NCBI GenBank assembly: GCA_964016885.1
Contig: OZ024753.1
Coordinates: forward strand, 35,526,001-35,590,000
Source of the DNA: Eledone cirrhosa
Lineage: Eukaryota
Reading direction: 5' to 3'
DNA length: 64,000 nucleotides
This document shows positions 53,816 through 64,000 of the stretch, piece by piece. Below the pieces are notes generated by a model that searched no databases, had not been told where the DNA came from, and saw only the letters and a program-made list of their open reading frames with translations. The position numbers and the translations under genes were made by a program. Positions within the stretch are counted from its first letter, which is position 1; every line of letters starts with the position of its first letter.

Positions 53816-53873
53816 CAATACACTCAGTTTAGCTCCACACCTCAATACCACGTGAACCTAAAAATCGAGTACT

Positions 53874-54057
53874 CACTTTGCAGTGGAATGATATGGACCC
53901 CAGTCCCTATCATCTCATTTCTACAGCTGAGTAAACTGGAGCAATGTGAAATAAAGTGTCTTGCTCAAGGAAACAACACATCACCCGGTCTGAGAATTGA
54001 ACTCACAACCTTTCGATTGCAAGGCCAATGCTCTAACCACTAAGCCATGTGCCTCCA
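53874..54057 (-). mobile_element. CORE-SINE 5' half
   Basis: Matches 57750-57933, including the tRNA head. Confidence 0.8.
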
Positions 54058-54195
54058 TATATATATATATATATATATTAGAAATGTAAGTTATCGCCGT
54101 ATTTTGACTAAAGAAATAATTTCTTTAGTCAAAATACGGCAATAACTTACATTTCTAATAATTTCAAACCCACTCGCTGTTTCGAAAATATTCTT

Positions 54196-54267
<72 letters not shown>

Positions 54268-54444
54268 AATTCTAACTTATTGCAACAGTGCACCAGTCTA
54301 TGCATGTACTTGATTCACTGATTTGATGCATGATGTGTGCATTTTTGGTGCATGTATGCATTTTTGGCATGGAACAAGTGTTTGTTTCTTTTTGTTGTTT
54401 TTGATTTGAATTTCTTTTAGTTTCTCTGTGTATTTGTATATGTA

Positions 54445-54513
<69 letters not shown>

Positions 54514-55078
54514 ATATACACATATATATGTATATATATATATACATATATATATATATACATATATATATATGTGTGAGTGTGTGTGTGTGCATTTATG
54601 TGTGAGTGCATGTATGTATTTATGTGTGTGAGTGAATGTGTATGTATTTGTGTATTTCTGTGATATTTCGAAAAAAGAAAACTATAAAAATCTGGACATT
54701 ATTCAGTAGTAATGTCAACAAAGACATTTAACAAGGAGGGCTGGGTGCAGCTGCATATTTATGTGCATTCCCTTATTTTAATGCATGTGTATCTTGTTTA
54801 TTAATCTTTTGTTATTTTCTATCAATATTTTGTGTTGTTTATATCTGTTTTGCTATTTTAAAATCTGTGTGTATGTATATGTATGTATATATATGTGTAT
54901 ATGTGTGTGTGTGCTTATGTGTGTAACGAAGATGTTGGGATGTTAGCTTCGAATTGTTTAAAAGTCCTTAATATTTCGGGATAAAATCCCTTCATCAAAA
55001 GAAGAAAATTTATATTAAGGATTATTAAACAACTCCTAGGTAATATTCAAACATGTTTATCATTATTTTAAAATTTAA

Positions 55079-55384
55079 CCCGCTGAGGTTAACTTTGCCT
55101 TTCATCCTTACGGGGTCGATAAAATAAAGTACCAGTAATGTACTGGGTAATTGCTGGCCTTGTGCCAAAAGTAGAAACAATTATTTTAAAATTTAATTGG
55201 CGGTGGATTGGCAGTATTAGTAGGGGATCGGACACCATGCTTTGATGCATAGAGTTACGGCCCTTGCCATTCTGAGTTCAAATCCCGCCGAGGTTAACTT
55301 TGCCTTTCATCCTTACGGGGTCAATAAAATAAAGTACCAGTAATGCACTGGGTAATTGCTGGCCTTGTGCCAAAAATAGAAACA
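55079..55384 (+). mobile_element. Two tandem family-A SINEs (truncated + full) separated and flanked by the same 17-bp sequence
   Basis: attattttWaaatttaa at 55062, 55180 and 55385. Confidence 0.82.
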
Positions 55385-55757
55385 ATTATTTTTAAATTTA
55401 ATGTGAATATGAGAGGAGATTGGAATGTTGAAGGAATAATAAAGCTTTTTATATGATGTGTGAGGAGGGCAATATATATTTATGTATGGACGAGGCCACA
55501 ACTTATGATGAAAGCTGCAATGGGTGGAGCAGGAATATGGTTAATCTGTTACTACGGTTGAATGATGATAATGATTTGCTTATTATCTAGATTTCTCATC
55601 TAGATATCTAGAGCTATTTGGACAGAATATGGGCAAAAACACCCAGATAATGTGACCATTGGGTGTGTGAGTAGACTGTGTATGTGCTATCATGTATGAC
55701 AAAAGACATTGCATTTACATTGTTGTTGTTTTTTCTTTTTTTTTTTTTTTTATTTAA

Positions 55758-56349
55758 CCCTTTTTATTACCAGACCGTCTGAAACCGTCCCTGGTTCTAC
55801 GATACCAAACTGAACCATTTTTTTATATTTACCGAAAAACATTCCATCACAAATTCACATAAGAACCTTTAAGTTACATTCCAAACATCAACTTAATGAT
55901 CATAAATTTCTCCTATTTCTTGATTGTTTGGAAATTATAGATGATTTAAATTAGAAGTATGGTAACGAAAGGATTGATTCCTTTCTGGTTTTTATTTAAT
56001 AAAGACAGGGCTTCCTAGATCCACTTGTAAAATAATCCAACAGAATTGAAGATACCTTAATCAAAGTTATATTAATAAATCACTTTAAATTCTTGATTAT
56101 TTTCAAAATTATATAAAATCATAGGCAGTGTCTTTCTTTCATTAGAAATATGGTAATGGAAAGAGTTAATTCCCATCTGCTTTTCATGTATTAGAGATAA
56201 GGACATCTTAGATCCCATGGCAAAATAAACTATAATTGAAGATACCTTATATAATACTACAAAATCCCTCTGAATTCTTGATTGTTTCCTAAATTATCAA
56301 AAAATCATAAATTCTCTTTCTTTCATTAGAAATATGGTAATGTAAAGGG
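55758..56349. mobile_element. TTAA/piggyBac-type MITE with triplicated right-end region
   Basis: Left end ttaa-ccctttttattacc. The right-end motif ttagaaRtatggtaa...aaRgg recurs at ~55950, 56142 and 56326, and the last copy ends ggg-ttaa. Confidence 0.55.
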
Positions 56350-56515
56350 TTAAAGAAATTACTAACAATCTATGAATGTTATATTTGCATGTTATTTTAA
56401 TGTTGTTGTTTTTTTATTGTTTTTGTTGTTGATGATGTTTGTTTGTTTTCCTTGCACCATTTTGTTTTGCATCGTCCGTTATAGTGTAGCCTGCATCTCT
56501 TTTGACTTTGTACAG

Positions 56516-57136
56516 ATGGCAGTATGCCGGAGCCTTTCTCAATGGAGTCTGAAAAAAATAACATTGTTGAAAACTCTCAATTTATTATAAATTTAGTCAA
56601 TGGTGCCAGCATGGTCGAAGGAAGGCTCGGCAACGGTATAACAATGAACGGAAAAGGTCAGTATGTGAGCATCAATGGCAATATTAAGGATGACTGTATT
56701 TACAGCCTTAACCAGTGCAAGACTGGTTTGACATTTGGTTTATGGCTGAAACCATTTGTCCTGAAAGGCACAAAATATTTCATTTCAAGTCCAGCCTACT
56801 CACTGTATGCAAAGGATAACATACTCCATGCTAAATTCCAAAATGCAACCCACTCTTGGGAAATGGCCACTCCCAAAATTATGGGAAACGTCTGGCAGCA
56901 GGTAATAATGAGTTGGGACCCAGCTAGGGGTGCAAAGCTGTATATAAACCATGACAAGGTTGCAGAGGCAACAAATCCAAACCCCCTAATGCAAGGTGAT
57001 TCACCTGCTGAAGGTATATACATCGGTACTACTGGAAACAATGTAGGATCATTCACACCTGATTTTGATGTTGATGAACTACAATACTACAGAACAAGCG
57101 TCAATGGAATTATTGATGGCTTTGGACCATTTTACG
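56516..57136 (+). CDS. Exon F, one complete LamG-like domain (domain 5)
   Basis: Acceptor ctttgtacag| and donor TACG|gtaagt. 621 nt, phase 1-1. GRLGNGITMNGKGQYV...CIYSLNQCKTGLTFGLW...WQQVIMSWDP...LYIN...IYIG...VDEL. Assignment to the same gene as exons A-E is inferred from strand, phase and domain type. Confidence 0.88.
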
Positions 57137-57582
57137 GTAAGTAAATCTATTTAGTACTAATAACACATCTTTTATTTATTTATTTGTTCTGTTGTAAGTT
57201 TTTTTTTCTTCATTTATCACTTTTTCATATGGTGGGATGTTAGAGAGAAACAAATATCTCATCTTCATCATCATTTAGCATCTGTTTTTTCTGTTAGCAA
57301 GGGTTAGATGAGTCATTACAGCTATACACAGACCAGTCAGTACCCAAGCAGAGTCACTGACCTCCAGGTGAACTGGGATGGGGGTTCAACATATAGTTCT
57401 GCCCTCTACTGAGTGTATTTTATCGTGACATCAGCAGTAGGGATGTTGTCGTGTTCTTGACACAGTTGAAGAGTCTTTCTGACCCTTTGTTTGGTAAGTT
57501 TTCTGTGGCTGGATGCCCTTCCTATCCCCAGCCACATTACAGAGTGTACTGAGTGTGTTTATAGTGTAGATCACCTATTATA

Positions 57583-57933
57583 TCATCATCATCATCATCA
57601 TCATCATCATTTTACGTCCGTTTTTCCCTGCTTGCAAGGGTGGGACGGGAACTGATTCTGGCTTGATTTCTACAGCTGGATGCCCTTCCTAACACCAACC
57701 TCATTTACAGTGAGTGCTGGGTGCTTTTTTGCTGTAGCACCTACACGACCACTTTGCAGTGGAATGATAGGGACCCCAGTCCCTATCATCTCATTTCTAC
57801 AGCTGAGTAAACTGGAGCAACGTGAAATAAAGTGTCTTGCTCAAGGAAACAACACATCACCCGGTCTGAGAATTGAACTCACAACCTTTCGATTGCAAGC
57901 CCAATGCTCTAACCACTAAGCCATGTGCTTCCA
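57583..57933 (-). mobile_element. Full-length tRNA-derived CORE-SINE with RTE-derived 3' tail
   Basis: Minus strand: A box tggcttagtgg and B box gagttcaattc. CORE-like ccttgagcaagacacttt...cagtttactcagctgtagaaatg. The 3' part is shared with the RTE UTR at 39300-39390, and it ends in a (GAT)n tail. Confidence 0.85.
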
Positions 57934-58419
57934 TATATATATGCATGTGTCTTCTAGCTCTGAAGTAATCGGAAATTAGAAGCTATTTATAAAGGCAGTG
58001 TTATTAACAGATTTATTGCCAAGTGCAAATAAGTGAGAGGGCAGGGGGGGGGGGGCACTGGATGGGAGAACCTTTTTTCCCCTCCTCCTCTCCACTTACT
58101 TTTCAATGGTGGACTCTCATATTTTGAAGAAAAAAATTACAGCGATATGCTTCTTCTAAATCTCTGCCTTAGAATTATTTCAAAGAAGCAATGCCAGCTA
58201 TGGCTCTTAGCCTCTTGAGTATTAACTAGACTAATTGAGACAAGGACAAAGTCTGAAAGAGCAAATGTAAAAGTGTTTTCAAGAAATTACAATAATATCA
58301 GAGTGACTTGCAAGTTATCAAGTGGTGCAAATAAACCCAGCATACGTGAACATATGTAAACCTATCTGTTTTATTTATCATAGAAGATTGACATTGATAA
58401 AGATGTTTTGGACTTATGA

Positions 58420-59754
58420 TCATAATGTCATGGGTTTGATTCCTCAACTGGGTTGTGTGTTGTGTTCTTGAACTAAACACTTCATTTCATGATGCTCCGG
58501 TGGTAAGGGTGTTGGATTTATGATCATAATGTTGTGGGTTCGATTCCTGGACTGAGTTGTGTGTTTTGCCTTTTATCCTTCTGGGGTTAGTCAAATAAAG
58601 TACCAGTCAAGTATTGAGGTCAATATATTTGGCTTTCCCTCCCACAAAACATTTATGGTCTTGTGCTATGTTAGAAACCATTATTTCTATTTAATGAGGG
58701 GAGTTTATCTCAGAATAGGCAGTGAATGGACAGTCATTAGAGCGCCATATTAAATGCCTTGGAATTTGTTCTCACTCATTACAATGTGAGTTCAAATCCC
58801 AGTGGTTTGTTTTGGTGATGAAACCAAAGCAACATTTTCAAATGTTTCCGGCCAGTTTAATGCTTCAGTAACATCCTGCACCTATATTTTTCTGTTTAAA
58901 ATAAAATGATGATGAGACTAATAATTGTTTCTACTTTAGGCACAAGGCCAGCAAATACCCAGTGCATTACTGGTACTTTATTTTATCGACCCCGTAAGGA
59001 TGAAAGGCAAAGTCAACCTCGGCGGGATTTGAACTCAGATCATAAAGGGACGTAACTATGCTGGAAAGCATGGCGTCCGACCCTCTACTGATACTGCCAA
59101 TCCACCGCCCCTTGATGATGAGACTAATAATGATTCCTTTTATTATTGTTATTATTATTATTCGGGTGGTGGAGTGGCAAAATTGGTAGAGTGTCAGAAA
59201 AAATGCCATTGCTCTTTACATTCTGAGTTCAAATCCCACCATAGTCAACTTTGCCTTTCATCCTTATGGGCTCGATAAAATAAAGCACCAGTAATACACT
59301 GGGGTCAATTTAATCGACTTTACCCTCCCCCAAAAAACTGGCTTTATGCCTGTACTAGAAATCATTATTTCTATTATAGGAACAAGGCCAACAATTTTGG
59401 TGGAGGGGAAAGTCAAATAAATCAACCTCAGTGCATAACTAATAAAGTACCAGTAATGCACTGGGGTCAATTTAGTTGATTTTCTCCTCCACCCAAATTG
59501 TTGGCCTTGTGCCTATAATAGAAATCATTGTAATAATAAGGACGGTGAATTGGCAGTATCGGTAGAGGGTCATACACCATGCTTTTCAGCACAGAGTTAC
59601 GGCCCTTGCCAGTCTGAGTTCAAATCCTGCCGAGGTTAACTTTGCCTTTCATCCTTACGGGGTCGATAAAATAAAGTACCAGTAATGTACTGGGGTCGAT
59701 TTAAACGACTTTCCCCTCCCCCAAAATTGCTGGCCTTGTGCCTATATAAGAAAG

Positions 59755-59799
<45 letters not shown>

Positions 59800-59980
59800 C
59801 ATTAATAATAATAATTAAGGGCGGTGGATTGGCAGTATCGGTAGAGGGTCGGACGCCATGCTTTCCAGCATAGTTACGTCCCTTTATGATCTGAGTTCAA
59901 ATCCCGCCGGGGTCGATAAAATAAAGTACCAGTAATGCACTGGGTAATTGCTGGCCTTGTGCCTAAAGTAGAAACAATTA
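58420..59980. mobile_element. Dense SINE cluster (~7 copies), including a minus-strand copy at 58926-59112 with a 19-bp TSD and plus copies at ~59165, 59540 and 59819
   Basis: Repeated family-A motifs. TSD tgatgatgagactaataat at 58907 and 59113. Confidence 0.8.
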
Positions 59981-61360
59981 TTATCATTAATGCAACAGCA
60001 ATTAAAAGAAACAATTCTAGCATGGAAACTGATTTCACCTGCTTTCCGAGAACACCTGGCAACTGCTGACTCACCAGGTGTGGTGGCATCTTACATATAG
60101 AATCATTGTAATATCTTTGATGAATCCATTCTAAAAGATTAAAGGAATAAGTAATAGTAACAATTAGACATCTAGCAGAAATGTTGTGCTTACCGTAATT
60201 TTTACCAGGGTTTTCTAGCTGGATGCCCTTCCTACCGTTAACCACTTTACAGTGTGGACTGGGTGCATTTTTCATGCCATTAACACTTGAGAGGTTGTCT
60301 GACAAGACTTAAGGGCCTCCTCTTCTTTGTATCTGTTTTTATTCAGAGTGGCTGCTCTATTAAACAAGTTGCCTTCAGTACAGCTTACAGAACCCATGTC
60401 TGCCCCATGTAGTCTTATTTTTTTCAGAGTAACCACCCCTCTTAGGTGAGCTGGCTTTGCTGTAGCTTACGGAATCTTTGACTACCCTTGCTAAACAATC
60501 TTCAAGACCAACCATTATTTTTTCTAAGCTACATTATTCAATATATCCTTCCTTTTTGTTTTGTTTTTTAAGATAGTAGGGTGTGGTTTGAAAGACATTT
60601 GGTTGCTATTTCTAGCAGTGCAAAGCAACCACATAGAAGTCTCCTCATTGGCACAATATATCTAAGATTTATCACAGTGATGTCACATTTGAGGATTCTA
60701 AACAATAACGATAAGTGGAGAAGGACTGGAGGGTGGCCAAAGGCAAGACAGCATGACAATCTGACCCAATACCTCAACCCCTATATAGCCCAATATGGCC
60801 AGAAATAGGAAACAGTGGAGGTCAACCAAGGATGGTTTTCTCCGACAGGAATAAGAAGTCTCTGGATTCAGATTAGGAATATGATGGTTCTATATCTGCC
60901 TGTATCACAAGTCAACCTAAGTTTCTCACTGTGTTATCCCATATAATATTTCAGTTTTCAATATCACCTTATATCACCTCTCTTTCATTCAGTTTAATTC
61001 ATCTCAATTCCACCGCTTTTACTCTGCTTGCAAATTGGTTCTGTATTGTTCATATACATCCATACATATATACACACACATATGTACAGATATATATATA
61101 TATATATACATATATATACACACACATATGTACAGATATATATATATATACATATATGTACACACATATATGTACAGATATATATATATGTACACACATA
61201 TATGTACAGATATATATATATATAAATATATGTACACACATATATGTACAGATATATATATATATACATATATGTACACACATATATGTACAGATATATA
61301 TATATATATACATATATGTACACACATATATATATATATATACATATATGTACACACATA

Positions 61361-61409
<49 letters not shown>

Positions 61410-61410
61410 T

Positions 61411-61644
61411 TATTTATTAAAATAACAGATTAAAGTTTAAGCAAGGAATCGGTGCTTTCACCCTTAACGGGATCTTCTGAAAGTTTCAGAAGATCCCGTT
61501 AAGGGTGAAAGCAGCAATTCTTTGCTTAAACTTTAATCTGTTATTTTAATAAATATTTTCTCTACGGTTCTTATATATCTGATATATATTTATCCTTATC
61601 GAGTCCTCTTTGGATTTTAGTCTTCAAATTTATTATTATTACTA
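61411..61644. mobile_element. Family P1 repeat with fold-back arms 61411-61555
   Basis: ...gggatcttctgaaa g tttcagaagatccc... flanked by (TA)n. Confidence 0.78.
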
Positions 61645-61660
61645 TATATATGTATATATA

Positions 61661-61724
<64 letters not shown>

Positions 61725-61739
<15 letters not shown>

Positions 61740-61999
61740 ATATATAATTATATATATATGTATGTATATATATAATTATATATATATGTATGTATATATA
61801 TAATTATATATATATGTATGTATATATATAATTATATATATATGTATGTATATATATAATTATATATATATGTATATATATAATTATATATATATGTATG
61901 TATATATATAATTATATATATATGTATATATATAATTATATATATATGTATGTATATATATAATTATATATATATGTATGTATATATATAATTATATAT

Positions 62000-62048
<49 letters not shown>

Positions 62049-62449
62049 TATATGTATGTATGTATATATATATAATTATATATATATGTATGTATATATA
62101 TAATTATATATATATGTATGTATATATATAATTATATATGTATGTATGTATATATATAATTATATATGTATGTATGTATATATATATAATTATATATATA
62201 TGTATGTATATATATAATTATATATATATGTATGTATATATATAATTATATATATATGTATGTATATATATAATTATATATATATGTATGTATATATATA
62301 ATTATATATATATGTATGTATATATATAATTATATATATATGTATGTATATATATAATTATATATATATGTATGTATATATATAATTATATATATATGTA
62401 TGTATATATATAATTATATATATACATACATATATATATAATTATATAT

Positions 62450-62460
<11 letters not shown>
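61725..62460. repeat. ~26-bp AT minisatellite (atatatatgtatgtatatatataatt)
   Basis: Direct reading. Confidence 0.9.
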
Positions 62461-62490
<30 letters not shown>

Positions 62491-62494
62491 TTCA

Positions 62495-62530
<36 letters not shown>

Positions 62531-63183
62531 CATATATATACATATACATATATTCATATATATATATATACATATATATATATTCATATATATATATATA
62601 CATATATATATACATATACATATATTCATATATATATATATATACATATATTCATATATATACATATATACATATATATATATATATACATACATACATA
62701 CATAAAAAAATTTGCTCTTGAGGCATGAGCCACTTGTGGGAAACAAGTACCGTCTTATATGTCTTCTCTGTTTGCTACAGCACTATAGCATTGTCAGAAC
62801 TATATTTAACCAAGACCTTGCACCCCTTGTCTTGTCTTGTTGGTCCCTTCAAGCATCAACTTCTCTTCACAACTTATTTCAGTCTCTTTACTGTCTCTCT
62901 ATATATTTATTTTTTTAAACTCTATCTCTAATTTTTGTCTGGTGCCTGACTTGAAAAATATATATATATTCTAACTTACATTCGTTTGCTAAAAACTGTA
63001 GTATGCTCTTAATTATCTAATAAACTAATTAACTAAAAAAAAATATAGAAAAAAGTGTAAGCATCTATTATCAACTTACCCTCATTTTTTCTTAAATCTT
63101 TTTTTTTTCTTTTGGTACTTGTGTGGGTGGTTGGGCAGTTATGACTTTTGATTAGGGATCTAGGACAAGAGTGTTGAAATTAA

Positions 63184-63391
63184 CCCTTTAGCATTCAAAC
63201 AGGCCATATCCAGCCAGAATACTCTCACCTCTTTCTGTTCAAACCAGCCATAACTGGCTGCTCATACTTATGTTAAGGTATTGTTCTCAAAATAAATAAT
63301 ATCAAAATCTCATAGATTTGATATAATGTGAAATAAAGTGTTTACCGTGAAAATACAATAGTAAATATAGAGTAATGTAAATGCTAAAGGG
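63184..63391. mobile_element. piggyBac-type MITE (TTAA TSD)
   Basis: ttaa-ccctttagcatt ... aatgctaaaggg-ttaa. Homologous to 10238-10453. Confidence 0.8.
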
Positions 63392-63397
63392 TTAAAG

Positions 63398-63702
63398 CAA
63401 TTACATCATGGCTGCATAATTTTAGCCATTCATAAAACATGCTAAACAATAACTGTAAAACTCACTTTACATTTATGGTGTCAATATTTTCTGTGCACCT
63501 TTTGTGACCTGGTCGCTGACACAGTTCTATTGATTTGCAGTAGAATTATGTTAGAGGCTATGGAGTATGATATCAGTAGCAAGGTCACAAACTGTGCAAT
63601 GGAAAAAATTTTGACATCAAAAAAATAAATGTGAAATGAATTTAAGTTTTTGTAGAGGGTTGGGCAGTTAATGGCTAAAATGACTCTTCCATGATGTAAT
63701 TA
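63398..63702. mobile_element. MITE-like element with long imperfect inverted repeats
   Basis: aattacatcatgg..ttttagccatt / aatggctaaaa..ccatgatgtaatt. Related pieces occur at ~50858-50950 and ~51430-51490. Confidence 0.55.
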
Positions 63703-63845
63703 CTCTTCGTTCTACCATCCAAAAGTCATTGTTATAGAGGATGACCTCCTTAAAATTAAAGAGGGAAACATGAATAAAGGAATATTGATTCCATTGTTAG
63801 AACTTTAGCCATTGTCTCTGATTTTGTTTTGTTTCCTTTCTCTAG

Positions 63846-64000
63846 TTGCTACTGAAAGTCCTGAAATTGTGTTCCGTTTTGATCGTTTGGCAATCCCCCA
63901 TGTCAACCTAGTTGGTCAACCGGATCTGGTCAGCAGCGCGCACGATAACGTCATCCGACTAAATGGTCGTGGTCAGTATATTGATCTGGGAACTGATATC
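63846..64000 (+). CDS. Exon G (runs off the window), start of LamG-like domain 6
   Basis: Polypyrimidine acceptor tttcctttctctag|. The phase-1 frame reads VATESPEIVFRFDRLAIPHVNLVGQPDLVSSAHDNVIRLNGRGQYIDLGTDI, matching the LNGxxQYID motif of the other domains. Not in the ORF track. Confidence 0.85.

Noticed and set aside
54271-54372. Microexon with a TGCATG (Rbfox-type) cluster after tctaac...caacag
   Set aside because: No good donor gives a frame-preserving exon, and TGCATG is common in TG-rich repeats here.
57860-57933. tRNA gene
   Set aside because: The A and B boxes belong to a SINE head continuous with the CORE domain and tail. No complete cloverleaf was established.
61483-61520. Hammerhead in family P1 (CAGAAGA-tccc..gggt-GAAA-gcagc)
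   Set aside because: The core is CAGA rather than CUGA and there is no clear UH cleavage triplet or stem I. Similar degenerate motifs at ~10495-10530, ~35160-35190 and ~54965-55000 were also not called.

Overview
This is eukaryotic, AT-rich, microsatellite-dense genomic DNA. The repeat complement (tRNA-derived CORE-type SINEs with RTE tails, RTE/CR1/Tx1-like LINE fragments, (TA)n/(CA)n/(CAT)n tracts) suggests a mollusc, most likely an octopod cephalopod (inference). The window lies within or at one + strand gene. Seven exons (8338-8553, 9756-10202, 11298-11927, 13109-13759, 17586-18203, 56516-57136, 63846-end) are joined by phase-1 GT-AG introns and encode six tandem LamG/pentraxin-like (ConA-fold) domains with a shared CxxDLxxCxxG(F/Y)xxSxW motif. 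The start and stop codons are not visible. Almost all other ORFs in the track are microsatellite artefacts or LINE fragments. The notable intronic structure is: (i) a 5.8-kb 21/23-bp minisatellite born inside an RTE LINE, every unit of which reads as a sense-strand pyrimidine-CAG|GT splice-junction mimic; (ii) several Penelope-type minimal hammerhead ribozyme motifs and about nine fold-back palindromes, mostly beside (TA)n; (iii) a tRNA-SINE/5S rRNA/RTE-tail chimera; (iv) a twin-priming-type inversion in an RTE element; (v) GATA-targeting Tx1-like LINE ends and inverted repeat pairs bracketing in-frame exons.
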